DNA of 64,000 bases from the human T2T-CHM13v2.0 reference genome, Homo sapiens. Shown in pieces: positions 58,820 through 64,000 of this stretch. Numbering within the stretch: the stretch's first letter is position 1; every line of letters begins with the position of its first letter. The stretch lies in the NCBI RefSeq assembly GCF_009914755.1, contig NC_060939.1. One strand, 5' to 3'. The translations under genes were made by a program, and so were the position numbers. The notes beneath the pieces were generated by a model that saw only the letters and a program-made list of their open reading frames with translations, did no database searches and had not been told where the DNA came from.

Positions 58820-59355
58820 ATCAATTTATTTTAGAGTCAGGGGAGCACACCTGCAGGTTTGTTACATGGATATCTTGTGTGATGCTGGGATTTGGACTTC
58901 AAATGTTCCTGTCACCCAAGCAGTGAGCATAGTACCTGCTCGGTAGTTTTTCAACCCTCGTCCTCATCCCTCACTCCTCCCTTCTGAAAACGCCACTGTT
59001 TATTATTCCCTTCTTTGTGTCATATGTACCCAATATTTAGCTGCCACTTACAAGTGAGAACATGTAATATTTGGTTTTCTGTTTCTGTGTGAATTCGATT
59101 AGGATAATAACCACCAGGTCCATCCATGTTGCTGCAAGGAACATGATCTCATTGTTTTTATGACTGTGTGGTATTCCACAGTGTTTATGTACCACATTTT
59201 CTTTATTCAATCCACCACTGATGGGCATCTAGGTTGATTCCATGTTTTCGCTACTGTGAGTAGCATAGTGATGGACACGCAAGGGCACATGTCTTTTTGG
59301 TAGAATGATTCCATCTCCTTTGGGTATACACTCAGCAGTGGGATTGCTAGGTTGA
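58820..59355 (-). mobile_element. L1PA15/16-like 3' end inserted into an L2 relic (~58560-60000)
   Basis: gcaggtttgttacatggatatcttgtgtgatgctg...tgggattgctagg; ORF 59037..59228 ends YYMFSLVSGS, a decayed ORF2 C-terminus. Confidence 0.85.
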
Positions 59356-60548
59356 AATCCAAGGAGGCCACTATGGCTGCAGTGAAGTCAGCAGAGAGAA
59401 GAGCAGTAAGAAGTAAGCTCAGGGAGGAAGCAGCAGCCAGGCCTAGGAGAGGTGCAAGCCATCGCCAAGACCTTGGGCTATACCAAAGCAGGGAGCCTCT
59501 GTGGACCACAGGCTCTCAGGAGCAGGGCAAGAGTGGAAACAAAAGGAAGAATTTGGAATGTATTTGGGAACAATACGTCTGAAGCTCCTTTTCCACTGTG
59601 TGACAGCAGGAGGGCATGTGGTCCTTGCTGGGGCCTCAGGGGACAGGAGTATAGATGGCAAGAATGGATCAGATTCAAAACCTTTGAGGGGCAGCTGGCC
59701 ATGGGGTGTTAGAGAAGGTGAGGTGTTAGCTGGCTCTCAGCCTCAGGGGCTTGAGCAACTGAGAGAACGGAGTCACGATTTATGAGGGCAAGGAAGAGTG
59801 GGGAAAGATGGAATCAGGATTTCAGTTCGGGACACGTTAAGTCTGTAACACCTGCAGTGCCCCAGGAGAGAAATGGAGAGGCAGGTGGACAACCGGGGCT
59901 AGGCTCTGGGGAGCAGCCCAGGAGAGGTTGCTGTGGATGGCACTTGGAGTAAGTGTTCAGATGAGACCCCTGCAGCCGTGAGTCTAGAGAGTGGAGGTCA
60001 GAGCTGATTCCAGGGTTCTGGGCTTGGAAGATGGAGAGGGTCATGGAAGGAGGCGAGGAGAAGGAGCCCCGTGCAGGGAGGAGGAGTACCTGAAGGGCCA
60101 GGCGGGGAAAGATTCTGAGGGGTGGCCTCCATGTCATGTTGCTGACTGGCCAGGTTCCAAGGGGGTCTCTCTCGAGGGCGGGCACTAGTCCTTAGTGATC
60201 TTGGAGAGAACTATGTCCATGGATTATGGAAGAAAAACTCAATTGCAGTAAAGCCAAGAAAAAGTGAAGAAAGTTTCAGACTCCCTTTCGAAGTGTCTGG
60301 CTACAGGAAACTGAGGAAATAGGGGAGTGGCGGGAAGGCCTGGAGACACGGCAGCAAGTCTGGATCCGCCTGCGAATGATCAGCAGAGTGAAGAATAAAT
60401 GATGCAGGGAGGACAGTGGCATGTGGTCCTGGGTGAAGGCACCGGTCTTCGTTGGGAGCCAGACATCCCCCCACACACCCGGAATGCAGCCAGGATGCAC
60501 TGGGTGGCCACGGCGTCACGTGGAAAGTGCCCACATGGTTGCTTTTAC

Positions 60549-60868
60549 GTCCTCACAGACAGAAAGCATGGTCATCAGCCTCAAGTCCTCATGGAGAGAA
60601 AGCATGGTCGTCAGCCTTGAGTCCTCACAGACAGAAAGCGTGATCGTCAGCCTCAAGTCCTCATGGACAGAAAGCGCGGTCGTCAGCCTCGAGTCCTCAT
60701 GGACAGAAAGCATGGTCGTCAGCCTCGAGTCCTCACGGACAGAAAGCATGGTCGTCAGCCTCGAGTCCTCACGGACAGAAAGCGTGGTCGTCAGCCTCAA
60801 GTCCTCACAGAAAGCGTGGTCATCAGCCTCGAGTCCTCACGGACAGAAAGCATGGTCATCAGCCTCAA
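60549..60868. repeat. 36-bp minisatellite (VNTR): 9 units (unit 8 is 32 bp), consensus gtcctcaYggacagaaagcRtggtcgtcagcctcRa
   Basis: Unit starts at 60549, 60585, 60621, 60657, 60693, 60729, 60765, 60801, 60833. Confidence 0.97.
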
Positions 60869-60999
60869 AGGAGGGGCAGTGCTGGAGGCCTGATGGGGCA
60901 CAAGAGGCATGCACAGTGCACAGCACCCATACAAGGGGACATGCTGCCTGCCCAGCGCCAAAGAACTTTGAAAAAAAAGTAGACCTCCTCAGACATTTT

Positions 61000-61292
61000 T
61001 TTTTTTTTTTGAGATGGAGTTTCACTCTTTCGCCCAGACTGGAGTGAAGTGGTGCGATCTCGGCTCACTGCAACCTCCGCCCCCTGGGTTCAAGCCATTC
61101 CCCTGCCTCAGTCTCCTGAGTAGCTGGGATTACAGGTGTGTGCCACTATGCCCAGCTAATGTTTGTATTTTTAGTAGAGACAGGCTTTTACCATGTTGGC
61201 CAGGCTGGTACCGAACTCTTGATCTCAGGTGATCCACTTGCCTCAGCTTCCCAAAGTGCTAGGATTCCAGGCATGAGCCTCCGTACCCAGCC
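61000..61292 (-). mobile_element. AluS, reverse orientation, 14-bp TSD
   Basis: tcctcagacatttt at 60986-60999 and 61293-61306. Confidence 0.95.
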
Positions 61293-61954
61293 TCCTCAGA
61301 CATTTTAAGTTCGTATGTCAAATTTGCCATTCCAATATACAATAGTCCCCAAGGACATAGTCTATATCAACATTCTTAAACAAAGGCATCCCGTCATTCT
61401 TTTAAATGTATACTTTCAAATTTAAATACCACAACATCATAATTCATCTAAATATACATCTGAAGCTCCTTTTCCGCTGTGTGACAGCTGGAAGGCACAT
61501 GGTCCTCACTGCTTGACCTCTGGCCCAGGCAATGGGTCTGACTCAGGGGCCTGGGAAGCTGGCCGAGAAGGCACTAACCATCAGCGGGAGGCTGGCAGGG
61601 CTGACCTGACAGGTCAGGAAGGAGAGGCCCCCTGAGGCTGCAACTAACTGGGCAGGGGCAGAGGTGACCTAGGCAGATGGCAGGCACAGAGCAGCGGTGG
61701 GAGGAGGGCAGAGCTGCCTGGGGCATGGGTGAGGGATGCTGCAGTCGGCTCCTGGCTGTGTGGGACACAGCAGCCACCCAGCAGCAGTTCCGGGCGGATC
61801 CCCTGGTAAAGGTGTACAAGTGCCTCAGGTAAGCACAGGGAAGGCTGCACCCTCACTGGGATTCTGAGAGCTGAGATATGGATTGCCATGAGGCAGGGGA
61901 GAGCTATTTATAGCTGGCAGGGGCACAAGTCCTCCTGATGGGCCGGGCCTAGAC

Positions 61955-62108
61955 CAGCACTTCTCCAATGCCAATGTGTGGAGTGGGTCACCCGGCACCT
62001 TGTCCAAATGCAGGCTCTGACTCAAGGGTCTGAGCATCTGAGACCCTGACCTGTTAGAAGTTCCCAGTGCTGTGATGCTGCCGGTGCCCAAGCCCCATCT
62101 GAGGGTAA
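61955..62108. mobile_element. MER5A-like hAT relic
   Basis: cagcacttctccaa...aaatgcaggctctgactca...gttcccagtgctgtgatgctgccggt. Confidence 0.6.
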
Positions 62109-64000
62109 AGGGCTGTGCTTTTTCAATACAATGCATTCCTTCTCCCCATTCTGGAACTGCTGTCATGGCCACGCTGGGTCCCCTGGGTCTCGCCTCCAAA
62201 TCTCTCACCCTTTTTCACGACTCTGTTTCTCTTTGCTTTTGTTCTGTACCTGCACATATGTCTCTCACTTGGCTGCAAGCACAGCAACTCAGGCCTAACA
62301 CTTTGCTCTTCTTCAATTCATTATTCAATATTTTTTGTTGAAAACATTATAGGTTTTAGTTCCAGAAACTATTTTTTGTGCTGTGCTTAAATCTCTGAGT
62401 GTCCTCATAATTTATCATTTGTTGTATTGTGTCGGTGGGACACAGTGGATAATCTTCTCTCACACTACTGGTCCCCTAAATGTGCCACTTGGATTTCACG
62501 GGGTGCCATGGAGCTGGGGTCTGGCGGTGTAGTGGCTGGTCTGTGGACCATGGAAGATGGGAGACCCTCACTTCTGGGCCGGCAGTGCCCCTCTGAGGCT
62601 GCTCCCCAACCACCCAGAGGGCATCCATTGTGCACCTGTCCGGGGCAGACTTGTAACCCACACAGCCCATCAGTACCAGGCTCAGCACCAAGCAAATGGG
62701 GGAAAATGGCATTTCTGTGCTCCTCCCATTTCTGTTTCTCTAACTCTAGCACCTCCTTAGCTTGCACAATGGCAGAGTTGGGATTCAAGCCCAGATCCAC
62801 CTCCTGCAGAACCTGAGCTGCTAATAGTGCCAACTGCTCATGTTATTAAACCTAATTGCAATCCGCCAGGCTGGGTTTGATCCTCCACATAATTATGTTC
62901 CTGGATGTTTCAGGACAGGAGGAGTTAAAACAAAAATGAGATTAAGTTTTTTAAAAAATTGTAAAGCTAAAGCTCAAATGAAATGTTTTTGACTCTCACA
63001 TCCTCTGAAAGAGTGCTCTCCTGTGCCAGGTGTGATAGCCCAGGATGTCTGTCCTGATACCTCCCGCAGGGCTATGGGATGGGGCGAGACTGCAAAGAAA
63101 GCCGGGGAAAGGAGATGCCTGAGAAACTGCCTTCCACCCAGAGGCTGGGTGACAGCATAGATAATGATGAGTGCCAACAAGTCAGTTGAAGGAAACCCAC
63201 AGATTTATGTGCATAAATTACCAGCCTTTGAATTCAACATTCAGGACAAGAGTAATAATCTTTTAACTTGAAAGTTGCCTGAGGATTCTTCCTGTTCAAG
63301 CACATGAGGTTGAAAAGTTAAGGTTTAAATGGAGAAAGACTGTCAGGGAATTCTCAGTCATTATGCTGTTTCTCAGCGGTTCCAACTCGGTCTTTAGGGC
63401 CATGCAATGGAGCCCTAAGAACGCCACCCACAGAGGCCGCCTGCCCACCAAGAGGGCAAGAGGAAGGAAGAAGAGGCGGCGGGTGTGAAAGGGATTTCCC
63501 TGTATGGAAATATTGGTTAAACGTCTCCATGCCAAGAAAAGAAATAGGAAGAGAAATATCCTGAACAAATGTGAACAGAGTTCACCTGTTGCTCTCAGGC
63601 CATAGCTGACAACGCAAATGTAGCAGAAACAACCCCAAGCTGAAGACACGCTTGGAGAGATGACGCCATCGGAGAAGAGATGGGTTCTGTTTTGTCTCTT
63701 GAGACTCAATTCCCTGGAATACCACGCGAAGGCTGCTGAAATGCCCCACACAGCTCAGGCCCCCGCCAGCTCTCCCCACCTACACAGTGGCCTGCATTCA
63801 TGTCACTGGAGGTGGCAACTGCACCTGCCCGCTCTCTGACCCTTTTTAAGGTTCTATTCATGTTAAAATCCCCAGTGAAGAGTGTCCTGTTGACCTGGCC
63901 AATGACGCCAGCCAGAGGTGTGTTTCTGCATCTGACAGAGGCTGGCGAGGAGGCAGGGAAGGCAGGCAGCTCTGCTGACTGGGCGGCGAGAGCCCAGGCA

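Noticed and set aside
60421-61047. 208-aa ORF with SSWTESMVVSLE repeats
   Set aside because: Product of the 36-bp VNTR running into an Alu; GTG start; antisense to OCA2.
63586-63779. 194-nt minus-strand exon-like segment, considered as a possible OCA2 exon 21
   Set aside because: The peptide does not match P protein, the pyrimidine tract is poor, and the length would frameshift exon 22. The true upstream exon must lie beyond the window end.

Overview
Human (great-ape-type) genomic DNA from the 3' half of OCA2, which encodes P protein, a melanosomal transporter of the ArsB/NhaD/CitM ion-transporter superfamily at 15q12-q13.1. The gene runs on the minus strand. Two canonical 94-nt coding exons are identified by translation and splice sites: exon 22 (49900-49993, [31 protein letters not shown]) and exon 23 (43477-43570, [32 protein letters not shown]). 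The ORF track misses exon 23. Exon numbering is from my recollection of the reference transcript. The rest is intron: part of intron 21, all of intron 22 and about 43 kb of the large intron 23. These introns carry Alu, L1 (mostly antisense to the gene), L2/MIR, solo LTRs, DNA-transposon relics and STRs. Nearly all ORF-track entries are chance or repeat-derived. Most interesting non-standard signals: (1) a 31-bp VNTR in intron 22 with an E-box in every unit; (2) a 36-bp VNTR in intron 21 with half-CRE sites beside a TCACGTG; (3) an orphan CpG island deep in intron 23; (4) a donor-like GTAAC at the very start of exon 23; (5) frame-compatible cryptic exons in intron 23; (6) a 5'-inverted young L1 with a perfect 17-bp TSD; (7) a 58-bp dispersed duplication. 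No new biological system is demonstrable from sequence alone; these are testable hypotheses. Repeat subfamily names and the boundaries of old repeats are by eye and approximate.
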